NCBI GenBank assembly: GCA_050084985.1
Contig: JBITNC010000001.1
Coordinates: 167,338,001-167,402,000 of the forward strand
Length of the DNA: 64,000 nt
Direction: 5' to 3'
Source: Nageia nagi
Lineage: Eukaryota; Plantae; Pinophyta
Below, piece after piece: positions 62,178-64,000 of the stretch. The translations under genes and the position numbers were made by a program. Positions within the stretch are counted from its first letter, which is position 1, and every line of letters starts with the position of its first letter. Below the pieces are notes generated by a model. It ran no database searches, had not been told where the DNA came from, and saw nothing but the letters and a program-made list of their open reading frames with translations.

Positions 62178-63790
62178 TTAAATTTGAAATACTATCTTTT
62201 GAATAATTTCTTCAACATTCTCTTGAATATCCTCACTTTTATCCTTAACATTATTATCTTTAGCAAATGTAGGTTGGGATGTTGAACTCAACTCTACTGA
62301 TGTCAATACTCCTCTTTGTGTAGTATCCAATGTTTGAACTAAGCTTCTTAACTCTTTTCCTCCATCCTCTCTCGGTATCTCCATAGCTTGAGTCTCCTTT
62401 TATTTTTTCTTCATTAGAACATGGTAGTCCATATTATGCTCCTTTATTATTAATTTCAATGTGTTATTATCCTCTAAATCTTTAAGAGCTTCTCCTTCAT
62501 TATAGATGCATTTAGCAAGCTCTTCCTTGCCTTTTAAACTTGAATAACCAAGTTGTTTACTTGTGTTTTCAAGTTATCAATGTTGGAATAAAAAATAAAG
62601 CAAAGACCATATTTATATATGAAAATAAAAATAAAATAATAAAATGAAATTACAATATTTATTATATATACTACTACATTACTTACAAAATTCTCATCTC
62701 CGCTACATCTTTTGTAGCTTCGATAATTTCCACCTTTTGCGTATTAGTATTATAAGAGTTGTAATAGGCTTGGGCCTTAACATATAAATTTTTTAACTTG
62801 GTTAAAATTTGATTGACATCAATGTATGCATACAAGGAAGCAAATTTTATCTTTCCTAAGGTGATCATTTTAAAATGTGCCACAAGCTTCTCTCGAGAAT
62901 TTTCCAACTTAGAAAATATCTTTTCCCTCTTCTCATAGTTTGCAAAATTCCTATTGATCTCTTTAAATAGTACTTTTACATGAAATTCCCACATCTTCAC
63001 ACTCAAAATATTAGGAAGAATAGAATTTCTAATTTTTGCCTCCACATTCGAGTAAATTAAACTATCAACTAAAATAGATGGATCTAAATCTTCCTATACT
63101 ACTACTTCTTCTTCTATGGCTATAGTTCTAGTCATAGTCTATTTTATTACTCGCTTTGGAGGCTTTTGGCTTGTAGTAGCTTGATGTTAACTCTCTTTCC
63201 TTTTCCTTCACCATGCATGGTGCCTTGCTTTTCTACCATTCCCTTTAGGTAATCATCATCAAGTTCTAGTGTACAAAGACCTATAGTATTACATATCATT
63301 GAATTAAAATTTGATAAAGTGAAATTTGGGATGTTGCTAATTTATGGAATATTGTACAAGCCACAAGCTTTCTATTTAATTATTCTTCTATTTCTCCCTC
63401 TTTGAGTAGATGTAGCTCTACTACCAGTTGATATATTCTACAAAATATCTAATGAAATTTGTTTTTCTCTTGGTTGCACTTGCATCTAGCCTCTCATCAA
63501 TGAAATAAGGGGGTGGAAGCATTGCTTGTAAAATAATGGGTTGCTTCTAAAAAATTGAAATATTAGGCCTCACATCTTCAAAAATTTAAATTTTTTGGAT
63601 TAACTATAACAAACTACACTACAAAAAATAAGAAATAGAAAATGATTTGAAGGTATTCATCTAAGACTACTTTGCTTACCTTCTGGTTCCAATACTTGTA
63701 TGGATTCTATGGAAATAGGTTGTGCCTATGTTACTTGCACTATTTGTTGTGGAAAAACTAAATTTGGAACCATATTTGCATCTATAATCA
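62178..63790 (-). pseudogene. Unknown multi-exon gene remnant (probably TE-borne)
   Basis: ORFs 62683-63045 and 62178-62384, donor GTAAGT at 62686, and AG|GTAAG at 63679 with a T-rich intron ending TTATAG at 63604. No recognisable domain. Confidence 0.45.
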
Positions 63791-63842
63791 ATGAATAATT
63801 CCAAAAATATTTAAAAACTAGAATAAATGATTGTCTATAATC

Positions 63843-64000
63843 TCATAGATGATCATCTGTGATAAGTCACTGATGATCATCTTTAAGATGACACTGATGA
63901 TCATCTAATTGAATTTACTAACAATCATCTATGTTATCACATAGATGATCATCAATGTCTTCTCATAGATGATCATATGTGATATTGCACATATGATCAT
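63843..64000. repeat. 24-bp minisatellite, same family as 61350-61550, runs off window end
   Basis: GATGATCATCTGTGATAAGTCACT-type units. Confidence 0.85.

Overview
This is eukaryotic, plant-type intergenic DNA. It is AT-rich and made almost entirely of nested, decayed retroelements. Strong CG/CHG depletion, PLS-class PPR remnants and the element types suggest a large, heavily methylated genome, possibly a gymnosperm (inference). The only intact coding unit is a very young Ty1/copia element (19165-29084, minus strand) with 2284-bp near-identical LTRs, a GAGTC target-site duplication, a 1691-aa gag-pol ORF and Sirevirus-type cis signatures but no env-like ORF. It sits in the gag region of an older gag-protease-only gypsy element (17490-32531), which itself lies among tandemly amplified PPR fragments. 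Other content: decayed copia and Tat-like pol, TRIM-like elements, two L1 LINE remnants that both carry the same unexpected extra ORF downstream of ORF2, a pol-less LTR element carrying an antisense intron-containing plant-mobile-domain (PMD) gene, and 24-bp minisatellite arrays flanking an unknown spliced gene remnant. All alignments and translations outside the supplied ORF track were done by eye, and boundaries of decayed elements are approximate.
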